This document shows positions 47,042 through 56,426 of a DNA stretch of 64,000 nt, piece after piece. This stretch comes from an uncultured Actinomycetes bacterium. GTDB taxonomy: Bacteria; Actinomycetota; Coriobacteriia; Anaerosomatales; PHET01. Where the stretch lies: assembly GCA_947085035.1 (NCBI GenBank), contig CAMTUW010000003.1, forward strand, positions 27 to 64,026, read 5' to 3'. A program made the translations under genes and the position numbers. Below the pieces are notes generated by a model. The model ran no database searches, was not told the origin of the DNA, and saw only the letters and a program-made list of their open reading frames with translations. Each line of letters starts with the position of its first letter. The first letter of the stretch is position 1.

Positions 47042-48319
47042 TCATGCCATCGTCACCCGATTCCGACCATCGTTCTTCGAGCGATACATCGCCGCATCGG
47101 CGCGCGCCGTCACGTCTTCCGGAGTCTCCCCCGCCCTCGCGACCGCGGCCCCCACGCTGATCGAGACCTCGATGTCCGCATCTGCGGTTCGCACGGGCGC
47201 GTCACCAACGCGCTCGCGGGCACGCTCGGCGATCGCGAGCAACGTCGCAGGATCCGCGTCCGGCACGATCGCGATGAACTCCTCGCCACCGATGCGGCCG
47301 ATGAGGTCGTAGCCGCGCACGGTGTCTTTGAGCCTTTCCGCCACCGCACGGAGCACCTCGTCGCCTCGAGCATGACCGTGGGTGTCATTGACCGCCTTGA
47401 AGTGGTCGATGTCTGCGACGAGAATCCCGTACGGTCTGCCTGAGCGCGCTGCACGCTCGTGCTCTTCGGCGAACCGCTCGAGAATATGGCGCCGATTCCA
47501 AAGCCCCGTGAGCGAGTCGGTCGTCGCAAGCCGCGCGAGATCGTGCTCGAACATCTCTAACTGCCGTGTCATGCGACGGGTGCTGATCTCCACGACACCA
47601 AGAAAAACGACTCCGCCAACGAGCACGATGAGGCCCAGGCGAATCGCGTCAGGCAGACGTTGCTCATCCAACGTCTGCAAGGGAATCGAGACGCTGATGG
47701 CGCCCCTCAGGTCGCCGATCTCTTCCCCTCTGACCTTGTGACACGTCAGACACCGTTGATCGATGCGCAACGGGACGATGTAGCGATACACACGTCCAGC
47801 ATCGGTCTTGACGACGGCGTCTCTGGGCGCGTCATCGTCGTCGGTGAACTCCCGAAGAGAGGCTGTCTCCCAGTCGTCGGGTGCGTTATCGGGGTTCACG
47901 GGGCTCAGACTGGTGAGCCGGAAGCTCAAACCGTTCCTGTCAACGAGCAGTTCGGAGATCTCACGCGTCATCAGCGCAGGATTTCGAAGCGTCAGAACCT
48001 CGCCCGTCTCGGTTCTGATGTCAGGAACGACACCGAGTCCTCGAAGGTACGGATTGGACTGCGCCCCTTGGTCCTTCGACACCCACACCCCTCCGTGTGA
48101 GGCATTCCACTGGCGAGCCGTGACGATGAGATCCACGTAGGATTCCGCCTGGCGTTTCACACCAGCCATGATCTGAGACTCCATGCTCGCGTACACGCCT
48201 TCGAACACGATGAGGCTGAACACGACGCCCAGCACGAAGAGATGAAGGGTCAGGCTACGACGGACAAGGGTCTTGACCTGAGAGCCCCCCTGACGCCTCT
48301 CGCGCTTCCCCGGCATCAC
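47042..48319 (-). CDS. diguanylate cyclase with extracytoplasmic c-type-heme (DUF3365-like) sensor domain
   Basis: A TM, then ~190 aa containing CLTCH (CXXCH), a second TM and a GGDEF domain (RIGGEEFIAIV, DHFKAVNDTHGH). Confidence 0.8.
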   Translation of the reverse strand: MMPGKRERRQGGSQVKTLVRRSLTLHLFVLGVVFSLIVFEGVYASMESQIMAGVKRQAESYVDLIVTARQWNASHGGVWVSKDQGAQSNPYLRGLGVVPDIRTETGEVLTLRNPALMTREISELLVDRNGLSFRLTSLSPVNPDNAPDDWETASLREFTDDDDAPRDAVVKTDAGRVYRYIVPLRIDQRCLTCHKVRGEEIGDLRGAISVSIPLQTLDEQRLPDAIRLGLIVLVGGVVFLGVVEISTRRMTRQLEMFEHDLARLATTDSLTGLWNRRHILERFAEEHERAARSGRPYGILVADIDHFKAVNDTHGHARGDEVLRAVAERLKDTVRGYDLIGRIGGEEFIAIVPDADPATLLAIAERARERVGDAPVRTADADIEVSISVGAAVARAGETPEDVTARADAAMYRSKNDGRNRVTMA

Positions 48320-48431
48320 CTGACCCTACCCCTTTGCTCCGTCTCCGCGCACATGCGGCCTCAGTGGCTTCGCCATCGTAAAGGATGCGCGCGCGCTATG
48401 ACACCCTCATGAGGTTTTCCGCCAAGGCGCT

Positions 48432-48650
48432 CTACTCGACGAGATCAGGCTCGAAGCCGATCGCCCGTATTCGTGTGCAGAGATCCTCCTTGTCCACGAT
48501 CTCCGGGTCGAAGAGAATCGACGTGAGCCCGAGCGAGCGCACTGCGACGACGTCAGACACCCCATCCAGCGCGCCGATCGCCTTCTCAACGACTTTCGGA
48601 CACGCCCCGCAGTAGAAGCCGCCGGTCCTGATATGCACTGCAGCCTTCAC
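48432..48650 (-). CDS. heavy-metal-associated (HMA) domain protein, atypical metal motif
   Basis: 72 aa with a ferredoxin-like HMA pattern, but with GFYCGAC in place of GMxCxxC. Confidence 0.65.
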   Translation of the reverse strand: MKAAVHIRTGGFYCGACPKVVEKAIGALDGVSDVVAVRSLGLTSILFDPEIVDKEDLCTRIRAIGFEPDLVE

Positions 48651-48663
48651 TATGGACTCCGAT

Positions 48664-49101
48664 TCACTCGGCGATGAATGTGATCTCCTGACGCACGGGA
48701 GGGTCGAAGGGGCGCGTGTTGTTCTGCACGAGTTCCGCGACGAGGGTATGTTCGCCCGGGGCCACGTCCTCGAGTTCCGCGTCGGGAGTCACGCTCATGA
48801 TGAACGGGCGATCGTCCAGCGTGTAGTGAACGTGGCCTTCTCTCGCGACGTTCGTGTTGCTCGCCATGACGAACTTCAATCCTGTGGTGTCAACATCGAC
48901 CGGAACCGTTCCCGCTGGCACGCGGGCATCCTGAAGCGGTGCGGTCAGCACCATCGTCGGGAGCTTCACCGCCGCAGGCGCCGTCGCCGCCCCACCGACA
49001 TCGGCGGAAGTGGCTCCGCCACAGCCGGACAGGGTAGCCGCCACGAGCACCACAAGGCCGATGAGCCCCGCACAACGAAGAGCCGCACGAATGCGTGACA
49101 T
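48664..49101 (-). CDS. lipoprotein, DUF4399-like
   Basis: Start trimmed to MSRIRAALRCAGLIGLVVLVAATLSGC (lipobox). EGHVHYTLDD resembles the GHxHxxxD motif of DUF4399. GGAGGA RBS. Confidence 0.55.
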   Translation of the reverse strand: MSRIRAALRCAGLIGLVVLVAATLSGCGGATSADVGGAATAPAAVKLPTMVLTAPLQDARVPAGTVPVDVDTTGLKFVMASNTNVAREGHVHYTLDDRPFIMSVTPDAELEDVAPGEHTLVAELVQNNTRPFDPPVRQEITFIAE

Positions 49102-49151
49102 GATTCCTCCAGAATCAGATGGTTTGAAGATGGTTTGAAGAACCGGTGATG

Positions 49152-49189
49152 GGCCACCGTTCGATCCGAACCCGGACCGAACGGTGGCC
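49152..49189 (-). terminator. intra-cluster hairpin (terminator/attenuator) after the 4x-repeat gene
   Basis: GGCCACCGTTCG-14 nt-CGAACGGTGGCC (12-bp stem) immediately after the stop at 49196, followed on the minus strand by a tandem TTCAAACCATC x2. Confidence 0.55.
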
Positions 49190-49195
49190 ACCTGT

Positions 49196-50746
49196 TTACC
49201 GGATGAGCCTCAACGGGACCGCGACCTCCATGTCCCCTACAAAGTAGGGTTGGTCAGAACTGTTGACCCCGTCCATCGTGTTGAACTCGAAAACGTCCAC
49301 CTCACCACGGTCGGCGTGAAGAGCGACGAGCAGCGTGTCGGTGAACATCATCGAAGCGTCGAGCTGGACGGCGACCAACCGGCTCTCGCCTGCACGAACC
49401 CGTGCGAGCCCCACTCGTTTGCCGGGCATCCCGTTGTTGTCAAGATGCACGACGACCCAAGCGTCTGCGGGAGTGACGACACGGGCGACTTGGATGGTGG
49501 CGTTGTTGATGGACTGAGGTACCACCTGAAGGGAGGCATCCATCATCTCGACTGGAACGCCGAACGAGCGCACCTTGATCGCGATCGCGACTTCCTCGCC
49601 ATCCACGAAGAACGGCTGATCGTCGCTTCCGAGCTTGTCCCTCATGTCGAAGTCGAAGACCTCCTCGTTACCGTTGTCGGCGTGCAGCGCCACGAAGACC
49701 TTCTCGGACAGCATTTCCGTGTCCAGTTCGACCGTGACGTCTGTTGAGGTACCCGCCTCGACGCGCTTCAGGCCCACACGTGGCCCAGGCGAGCCGTCAG
49801 CGTCCTTATGCACGACGATCCAGCCGTCCGCCGGTGCGACCACTCGGTCGATCGTGAGCGAGGTGGTAGCTCCGACCTGATCCGTCGCCTCGATCGAGCC
49901 CCTCTCGACAGATACGCCGAAGGGGCCTACATCGAAGGCTGCGGCGACCTCCATGCCGTCAGCGAAGAACGGCTGATCGGGGCTCTCGACCGGATCTTCC
50001 ATATCGAACTCGAGCGTGCCCGCCACGCCACGATCCGCATGGATCACGGCCAGCAATGTGGTGCGCTTCTCGAACTCCTCAGTCAGCTTCACTTCAACGC
50101 CGGTGCTCTCGCCAGCCTTGATGGGCGCATAGCCCACTCGCTCACCGGGCATGCCTTCCGGTGTCGCCTTGTGGACCACGACGAAAGCGTCGGTCGGAGC
50201 GATGGCCTTCGAGATGGTGACGGTGTCGCCCAAAGGCTGGTCGCCGACCTCGATGGCAGCGTCGCCCATCTGGGTCGGCACCCCGAACTCGACCGCCTTG
50301 AACACGACGGCGACCTCCTTGCCGTCCACGAAGTACGGCTTATCCGGACTGTAATCCACCTTCTCCATATCGAACTCGAGCTTGCCTCGGACACCGGCGT
50401 CGACATGCACGGCGGCGAGGAGCTCGGGCGTCATGGGCACGTCAGCGTCGAGCTTGACCACCACGTTGCGCGTGGTGCCCCGCTTGATGGCCGTGTACCC
50501 GAGGCGCTTGCCGGGCATGCCGCCGTCATTCTGATGCACGACGACGAACGAGTCCTTGGGCGCGCGTACGAGATCGATGGTGACGGTGCGATCCCCGTCG
50601 GGCTGATCGCTCACGGCGATACCGGTGGTCTTGGCCGTCGCAAGCACGCCCATGACCTCTTGCGAGCTCGCAACCGTTCCCCAGCCCACCAGCCCGAAGG
50701 ACAGAACCGCGACCGCGCCGATGACTGCGATACGACTCTTCTTCAT
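49196..50746 (-). CDS. secreted protein made of four ~120-aa tandem repeats (DUF7282-like)
   Basis: Signal peptide MKKSRIAVIGAVAVLSFGLVGWGTVASS. Each repeat has ..D.FVVVH....G.PG.R.G......G....V.V.L.......L.A..H.D.G....EFD......D.P(Y/F)F. This resembles the haloarchaeal DUF7282 pattern as I recall it. Confidence 0.6.
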   Translation of the reverse strand: MKKSRIAVIGAVAVLSFGLVGWGTVASSQEVMGVLATAKTTGIAVSDQPDGDRTVTIDLVRAPKDSFVVVHQNDGGMPGKRLGYTAIKRGTTRNVVVKLDADVPMTPELLAAVHVDAGVRGKLEFDMEKVDYSPDKPYFVDGKEVAVVFKAVEFGVPTQMGDAAIEVGDQPLGDTVTISKAIAPTDAFVVVHKATPEGMPGERVGYAPIKAGESTGVEVKLTEEFEKRTTLLAVIHADRGVAGTLEFDMEDPVESPDQPFFADGMEVAAAFDVGPFGVSVERGSIEATDQVGATTSLTIDRVVAPADGWIVVHKDADGSPGPRVGLKRVEAGTSTDVTVELDTEMLSEKVFVALHADNGNEEVFDFDMRDKLGSDDQPFFVDGEEVAIAIKVRSFGVPVEMMDASLQVVPQSINNATIQVARVVTPADAWVVVHLDNNGMPGKRVGLARVRAGESRLVAVQLDASMMFTDTLLVALHADRGEVDVFEFNTMDGVNSSDQPYFVGDMEVAVPLRLIR

Positions 50747-50748
50747 GT

Positions 50749-53628
50749 CTAGTTCACTCCCTTGCTCGCCAGCGAGGCCGGGGCCAGGCTCGGCTTGAAT
50801 CGGCGCAGTAGCAGCGAGCTCGTGACGACACTGACACTGGAAAGCGCCATTGCCGCACCAGCCAACTCGGGTCGCAGCAGCCCCAACGCGGCCACCGGAA
50901 TACCCATCGTGTTGTAGCCCAGCGCCCAGAAGAAGTTCTGGTAGATCTTGCGCATCGTGCGCTTCGAGAGTTCGATCGCCGTGACGACGTCTCGCAGGTC
51001 GTTCTTCATCAGAACGATCCCGCCGGTCTCCATGGCCACATCGGTTCCCGCGCCCATCGCGATGCCCACGTCAGCCTGAGCGAGCGCCGGCGTGTCGTTG
51101 ATACCGTCGCCCACCATGGCGGTGGTCAGACCGCGCTGCTGGAGCTTGGCGACCTCTTGTGCCTTGTGCTCGGGGAGCACCTCGGCAAGGACATTCGTCG
51201 CGAGGATTCCGGCCTGACTTGCGATGGCCTCTGCTGTGCGACGGTTGTCTCCGGTGATCATGAAGACCTCGACGCCCATCTTGGTGAGCCGCTCGACTGC
51301 TTCTCGCGAGTTCTCCTTGAGCGTATCCGCCACTGCGACCAGGCCAGCGGCCTCGCCGTCGATGGCGGCGAGCATGACGGTCTTGCCTTGGGTTTCAAGC
51401 ATCTCGACGCGAGCCAGATACTGTGAGACATCCACGCCGTCGCGGGCCATCAGTCTGCGATTGCCAAGCACGACACGGCGATTCTCAACGATGCCTTCGA
51501 CTCCATGGCCGGGAATGGCCGCAAAGCCGGTGACGTCCGAGAGCACGAGCCCGGCGTCGTTGGCGTGACTGACGATCGCTTCGGCGAGCGGATGCTCCGA
51601 GGACTTCTCAAGCGCGGCCGCAAGACGAAGCGTCTCGATGCTATCGAAGGTGCCGAAGGACTCGAACTCCGTGACGATGGGTTTGCCGTAGGTGAGTGTT
51701 CCGGTCTTGTCGAACACGATCGCCTTGATCTTGTGAGCGGTCTCAAGGGCGTCTCCGCTCTTGATGAGCACGCCGTTCTCGGCACCCTTGCCCGTACCGA
51801 CCATGATCGCGGTCGGCGTGGCCAGCCCAAGCGCGCAGGGGCAGGCGATGACGATGACGGCGGTACCGGCCAGAAGCGCCTTCACGAAGATCGACGTCTG
51901 GGCGAAATACTCGGGCGAGACGAAGTTCGGAACCACGTACAACCAGACGAAGAAGGTCGCCACCGCGATCACGAGCACGGCCGGCACGAACACCGCGGAG
52001 ATGGCGTCGGCGAATCTCTGGACCGGGGCCTTTGAGCCCTGGGCCTCTTCCACGAGTCTGACGATCTGCGCAAGGGCGGTATCGCGACCGACCTTGGTCG
52101 CACGGAACTTGAAGGAGCCGAGCTTGTTCATCGTGGCTCCGATGACGGTGTCGCCATCGTGCTTCTCCACGGGGATGGACTCACCGGTCAGCATCGACTC
52201 GTCTACCGAGCTGCTGCCGTCTATGACAACGCCGTCGACCGGGACCTTGTCTCCGGGACGCACGACGATGACTTCACCGACCACGACCTCCTCGACCGGG
52301 ATATCGACCTCGACGCCACCTCGCACCACGCGCGCGGTCTTGGCCGCCAGGCCCATGAGTTTCTTGATCGCGTCAGAAGTGCGACCCTTCGCGCTGGCCT
52401 CGAGCAACTTGCCCAACAAGACGAACGCGATCAGCATCGCTGCGACCTCGTAGAAAACGGGTTCCTTCTGTAGGAAGGGAACGAAAGTGGCTCCCAGCGA
52501 GTAGAAGTAAGCGGCCGAGGTACCAATGGCGATCAGCGTGTCCATGTTGCCTGTTCTGCGCTTCAGCGCGTGCCAGAAGCCCCGGTAGAACTGGGCACCA
52601 GCCCAGAACTGAACCGGCGTGGCCAGCGCGAACGTCATGTACTTCATGACCATCATCGGATCCCACGCGCCACCGATGGTGTTGGTGAGAAACTGCGCCA
52701 TCGCGACCGGCACCCGGTCCATGAAGGGCGGAACCATCGAGATGAGAAGCGCCGGGACCGCCAACGCGAAGCTCACAAGGAACAGGAACATCTGTGACTC
52801 GAAATGAGCCTTCTGGGCCTCTCGCTGGACGTCACCGCGGTCGGTCCCTACCCCGACCGACTCGACCTTGAGGGTGGCACCGTAGCCTGCGCCCTGAACT
52901 GCGGCGATGAGTTCGTTGGGGCCAACCCTGCCCGGATCGAAGTTGACGGTGGCGGTCTCGGTGGCGAGATTCACGTTCGCGGAGGTCACGCCATCGACCT
53001 TCATGAGGGATTTCTCAACGATCGCCGAGCACGATGAGCACGTCATGCCGGAAAGAGCGATCAAGACATGCCCGCCCTGACCCGAGTCCGCCGCTTCACT
53101 CAGAGGGGTTGCTCCATAACCGGCCTGTTTGACCGCAGCAACGATCCCGTCTTGCATGATACGCGCGGCGTCGTAGGTGACGGTGAGTTTCTCGGTGGCG
53201 AGATTCACATTCGCCGAGAGAACCCCGTCGACCTTGCCGAGGCTCTTCTCGATGACAGCGACGCACGAGGCGCACGTCATTCCCGTGACCGCGAACGACT
53301 CCTCGGTGGTCTTGACGTCTCCGACCACAGGTACCGCATCGGGGACTACGGTCGCCGCCAGCTCCACCCGAGCACCGGCGACCTCACCCGACTCGAGAAC
53401 GAGGGGCTCGCCGGGAACGAAGCCTGCCTCGATGATCGCGTTCACGATGATCTCGGTAGACACGAGCGTACCATCGATGTGCAGCGAAAGCGTCCCCGCC
53501 GAAGCATCGGCGTGAACCGCCTGAACCCCCGGGATGCTCCTGAACTGCGTTGTGAGCAGGGCCTCGCACGAGCGGCATTTCATGCCCTCGATGCGAATCC
53601 TGATCACTTGATGCGTACTGTTCGACAT
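50749..53628 (-). CDS. copA: copper-translocating P1B-type ATPase with three N-terminal HMA domains
   Basis: GMKCRSC, GMTCASC and GMTCSSC HMA motifs, the TM CPC motif ([11 protein letters not shown]), the DKTGTLT phosphorylation site, and the SEHPLA and [10 protein letters not shown] motifs. Confidence 0.95.
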   Translation of the reverse strand: MSNSTHQVIRIRIEGMKCRSCEALLTTQFRSIPGVQAVHADASAGTLSLHIDGTLVSTEIIVNAIIEAGFVPGEPLVLESGEVAGARVELAATVVPDAVPVVGDVKTTEESFAVTGMTCASCVAVIEKSLGKVDGVLSANVNLATEKLTVTYDAARIMQDGIVAAVKQAGYGATPLSEAADSGQGGHVLIALSGMTCSSCSAIVEKSLMKVDGVTSANVNLATETATVNFDPGRVGPNELIAAVQGAGYGATLKVESVGVGTDRGDVQREAQKAHFESQMFLFLVSFALAVPALLISMVPPFMDRVPVAMAQFLTNTIGGAWDPMMVMKYMTFALATPVQFWAGAQFYRGFWHALKRRTGNMDTLIAIGTSAAYFYSLGATFVPFLQKEPVFYEVAAMLIAFVLLGKLLEASAKGRTSDAIKKLMGLAAKTARVVRGGVEVDIPVEEVVVGEVIVVRPGDKVPVDGVVIDGSSSVDESMLTGESIPVEKHDGDTVIGATMNKLGSFKFRATKVGRDTALAQIVRLVEEAQGSKAPVQRFADAISAVFVPAVLVIAVATFFVWLYVVPNFVSPEYFAQTSIFVKALLAGTAVIVIACPCALGLATPTAIMVGTGKGAENGVLIKSGDALETAHKIKAIVFDKTGTLTYGKPIVTEFESFGTFDSIETLRLAAALEKSSEHPLAEAIVSHANDAGLVLSDVTGFAAIPGHGVEGIVENRRVVLGNRRLMARDGVDVSQYLARVEMLETQGKTVMLAAIDGEAAGLVAVADTLKENSREAVERLTKMGVEVFMITGDNRRTAEAIASQAGILATNVLAEVLPEHKAQEVAKLQQRGLTTAMVGDGINDTPALAQADVGIAMGAGTDVAMETGGIVLMKNDLRDVVTAIELSKRTMRKIYQNFFWALGYNTMGIPVAALGLLRPELAGAAMALSSVSVVTSSLLLRRFKPSLAPASLASKGVN

Positions 53629-53644
53629 TACTCCTCCATCCTTG

Positions 53645-54244
53645 TCACTCGACCACGAGCGTGGCCGAGATCATCTGCATCTGGCAGAAGAACGTGTACG
53701 TCCCCGCCTCGAGCGCCGGCAACTTCACGGTCTTCGGACCCGCAGTGAGGTCCTCCTGGATGCCGAAGTCCGGGAACAGGACGCCGGCCAGGCAACCGCC
53801 CGGGGCCTGTGAGAACGCGATCTCGATGGGGATGCCAGCCTTCGCCTTGATCACGTTAGGGCTGAAGTTCCCCGACGAGGTGTCGACGGCGATCGTCTGG
53901 ACGTCGCCCGTGACGCTGGTTGCTCCCTCAACGGGTGCACCACCGCCACTGCCGCAGCCGCCACAACCGGCACCGCCACCGGCGCCGCCCGCGCCACCGG
54001 ACGTCCCGCACCCACTACCGGCGGCTGGCCCGCCCGCGCCCTGGAACACACCTTGGGGCGCCCCCGCTCCTTGGCCACCTCTCTCTTGAGCAGAAGCGAA
54101 GCTGTACGACGCCATGAAGGCGACCGCCATGAGGCTGAGAATCACGACCAACCGGCTGGAGGTGAGTCCTTGTGGGGCGGCAACGGCCGTCGCGGGACGC
54201 CTCGTACTCACGTCTCGGTGGCCCGTCTCCTTGTCGGTCATCAC
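53645..54244 (-). CDS. membrane-anchored cupredoxin-like domain protein with Gly/Cys-rich linker
   Basis: TM ([19 protein letters not shown]), a linker [27 protein letters not shown], and a C-terminal cupredoxin-like fold ending [18 protein letters not shown] (Cys/Met ligand-like). Confidence 0.65.
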   Translation of the reverse strand: MMTDKETGHRDVSTRRPATAVAAPQGLTSSRLVVILSLMAVAFMASYSFASAQERGGQGAGAPQGVFQGAGGPAAGSGCGTSGGAGGAGGGAGCGGCGSGGGAPVEGATSVTGDVQTIAVDTSSGNFSPNVIKAKAGIPIEIAFSQAPGGCLAGVLFPDFGIQEDLTAGPKTVKLPALEAGTYTFFCQMQMISATLVVE

Positions 54245-54474
54245 TGATCTCCTCTCTCAGGTGCGGTCTCGGCCTCGTAGCCGGACTCCTCGATGGCGCG
54301 GCGGATGGCCTCGACACCGATTATTGACTCGTCGAACTCAACGACCGTCTTGCCAGTTGCGTACTCGCACTCAACCGACGTCACGCCGGCTATATCAGTG
54401 AGATTCATCGTCACGAGCATCGAGCACGAACCGCAGTGCATTCCTTTCGTGATGAACTTGGCAGTAGTTACCAT
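54241..54474 (-). CDS. copZ: copper chaperone CopZ (HMA domain)
   Basis: 77 aa with GMHCGSC and a ferredoxin-like HMA pattern. Confidence 0.85.
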   Translation of the reverse strand: MVTTAKFITKGMHCGSCSMLVTMNLTDIAGVTSVECEYATGKTVVEFDESIIGVEAIRRAIEESGYEAETAPERGDQ

Positions 54475-54505
54475 TCCCTTGTCCTTTCGGATCGACTCAG
54501 TGTTT

Positions 54506-55822
54506 TCAGCTGAAGAATCCGCCGAACGTCAGTCCGGCGAAGATCGCGAGTCCCACACCTCCCGTCGCAAGCAGGAACTCAGGTGGACTCAGTCCCAACA
54601 CGAACGCTGGCCCAGGAGCCGGACGCGCGACCCGAGCGGGTTTGCCCGGTGTCCGCCTCCCGCGTGCTTCACGCTCGGCGGCCTCTCGCTGCTTCTTCGC
54701 GTTCGTACGCAAGGCAATGCCCGCAACGACCGCGATGGCCATGACGGCGAGCAGGAACCCCCGCATGCCACCACCGGCCTGGGCCGCACCTGCACCGACC
54801 TGCAAGACACCGGACATCATGCCCATCTGGCACGTCATCTGAAACGAGCCGGCCTTCGACGCAGGCAGATCTATCACGGTGGTGCCGAATGCTGTGAGCG
54901 GCGCCTGGATCCCAAGACTCGGGATGAAGAGCTGGTCTGAGCACAGGTTGTTCTCGCGGCGATCGACGATGAGACGCACCGGCTTGTCGGCCGGAATCGC
55001 GAGCGTCTGCGGCTGGAACTGAACGTTCTCGATCACCAGTGGTATTTCGATCACTCCGTCGGCGCCCACGGTGAACGCCGACTCGTCGAATGCAACGGAT
55101 CCGCTGCCAACGACGGTCTGCTTGATGGTGTTGAACGTGACCGGGGAGCCCAGCGCGGTCGCACCACGATTGAGCATCACGAGACCGAGCACGATGATCA
55201 CGATCGCTGCAGCCACAGCCATGTACTTCTTGAGGCGCGTGCCAAGAAAACTCGCGAATGCGCCATAGCCGAGCATGAGCGGTGCCGTGCCCAGACCGAA
55301 TCCGAGCATCGCAAGCGACCCGTTGATGGGTGAACCGGCGCCCGCCGCCGCGAGCTGTGCCGCGATGAGGGGACCGCACGGCATCAACCCGGTCATCAGA
55401 CCGAAAGTGAGCGGTGTCGCCAGAGTCGATTCGCCGTGGCTTTCATCATCGGCGGCCTTGCGTCGCAGCTTGGACAGAGCGGTCATGAGGAAGCGCGGGG
55501 GTCGGGGCTCGATGTGACGCAGCATGGGAAACCTGCCGGTCATGTTCAAACCGAGCAGAACCATGAACACGCCAGCGAGAACGCTCACCCAACTGCGCGC
55601 GTCTTGGCTGATGAACACGCCGATACTGCCCAGCGCAAGGCCAACGAGCGCGTAGCTGAAGATCTTCGCCGCATGGTAGGCGAGGTGGGGTCGCATGCGC
55701 CGGGCAAGCGGTCCTTCCTCATTGCCTTTCACAGCGTAGGAAAGAACCATGTTGCCGCACATCATCACGCAATGGGCGCTGGTCAAAAGCCCCGTGATAA
55801 GCATCGGGTAGAACAGATTCAA
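54506..55822 (-). CDS. TauE/SafE- or DsbD_2-like permease fused to a C-terminal cupredoxin-like domain and extra TM
   Basis: The N-terminus has LLTSAHCVMMCGNM and GLMPCGPL (paired Cys motifs in TM helices). The C-terminus KPVRLIVDRRENNLCSDQLFIPSLGI...GSFQMTCQMGMMSGVLQV parallels the neighbouring cupredoxin. TTG start with a GTGAGGA RBS. Confidence 0.65.
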   Translation of the reverse strand: MNLFYPMLITGLLTSAHCVMMCGNMVLSYAVKGNEEGPLARRMRPHLAYHAAKIFSYALVGLALGSIGVFISQDARSWVSVLAGVFMVLLGLNMTGRFPMLRHIEPRPPRFLMTALSKLRRKAADDESHGESTLATPLTFGLMTGLMPCGPLIAAQLAAAGAGSPINGSLAMLGFGLGTAPLMLGYGAFASFLGTRLKKYMAVAAAIVIIVLGLVMLNRGATALGSPVTFNTIKQTVVGSGSVAFDESAFTVGADGVIEIPLVIENVQFQPQTLAIPADKPVRLIVDRRENNLCSDQLFIPSLGIQAPLTAFGTTVIDLPASKAGSFQMTCQMGMMSGVLQVGAGAAQAGGGMRGFLLAVMAIAVVAGIALRTNAKKQREAAEREARGRRTPGKPARVARPAPGPAFVLGLSPPEFLLATGGVGLAIFAGLTFGGFFS

Positions 55823-55829
55823 GAGAATT

Positions 55830-55957
55830 CCTCACTTCGGTAGGCTCGGCGCATCGGCGTCGAGCAATCCCAAGACGCTTCAGATCGCGGACGCTCGCTT
55901 CGAAGCGAGGTGCGATCATCCGACAGGCGCACCGTTTTCGGGTACGCCGAAGTGAGG
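55830..55957 (-). promoter_or_regulatory. structured 5' leader: 11-bp helix (anti-SD CCUCACUUCGG : CCGAAGUGAGG SD) enclosing three hairpins
   Basis: The arms are at 55947..55957 and 55830..55840, and the latter contains the RBS of the 55822 gene. Internal stems are GGUGCG/CGCACC (55909..55933), the 16-nt perfect palindrome CUCGCUUCGAAGCGAG (55894..55909) and GCGUC/GACGC (55857..55878). Confidence 0.45.
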
Positions 55958-55962
55958 CGAAA

Positions 55963-56307
55963 TCAGAGTCTGAGCGGAGTAGGACGAGCGAGCGGGGGCG
56001 GATGCGCGTCTCCGCGAACCTGACGCAAGAACGAGCGGGGCGGCCCATCGGGGCCGACAAACACCGCAGAGACGACACGCGACACTTCCCACAAGGGCGT
56101 GTTCTGCCCCACAGCCTGCGCGGCTTCCAGTGGATTCTGATGAGGACAGGAGCTCACGGACATGTCCCCGGGCGAGTCCTCGCATCCCGAGAGGAGAGCG
56201 GCACTCATGGGCATCGCGAACGCCGAGGACGCGAACGCCAAGCAAGCGGGACCGATGATCGCCGCGACGAAGATCGTCGTGAACACCATCGTCGTCGCCC
56301 GGCGCAT
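55963..56307 (-). CDS. hypothetical small secreted protein
   Basis: MRRATTMVFTTIFVAAIIGPACLAFASSAFA signal-like N-terminus, followed by a Cys/Met/His-containing segment (MPMSAALLSGCEDSPGDMSVSSCPHQ). No family recognised and the start is uncertain (56328/56307). Coding status is not certain. Confidence 0.35.
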   Translation of the reverse strand: MRRATTMVFTTIFVAAIIGPACLAFASSAFAMPMSAALLSGCEDSPGDMSVSSCPHQNPLEAAQAVGQNTPLWEVSRVVSAVFVGPDGPPRSFLRQVRGDAHPPPLARPTPLRL

Positions 56308-56426
56308 ATGTGTGAACGTCGTCAGCATTCGGTCGTTTCCCTTAGGTGCTTGTGTAAGCGGAACCCGCATTTCACGTGCCGAAACAGCAACCCATGTTCC
56401 TATTGTCGTCCAACGAAGCAAAAATA

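Noticed and set aside
53930-54010. GC-rich low-complexity DNA (ccaccgcc/ggcgcc repeats), considered as a possible simple-sequence repeat or array
   Set aside because: It encodes the Gly/Ala/Cys-rich linker of the cupredoxin-like protein in frame. There is no regular repeat-spacer periodicity.
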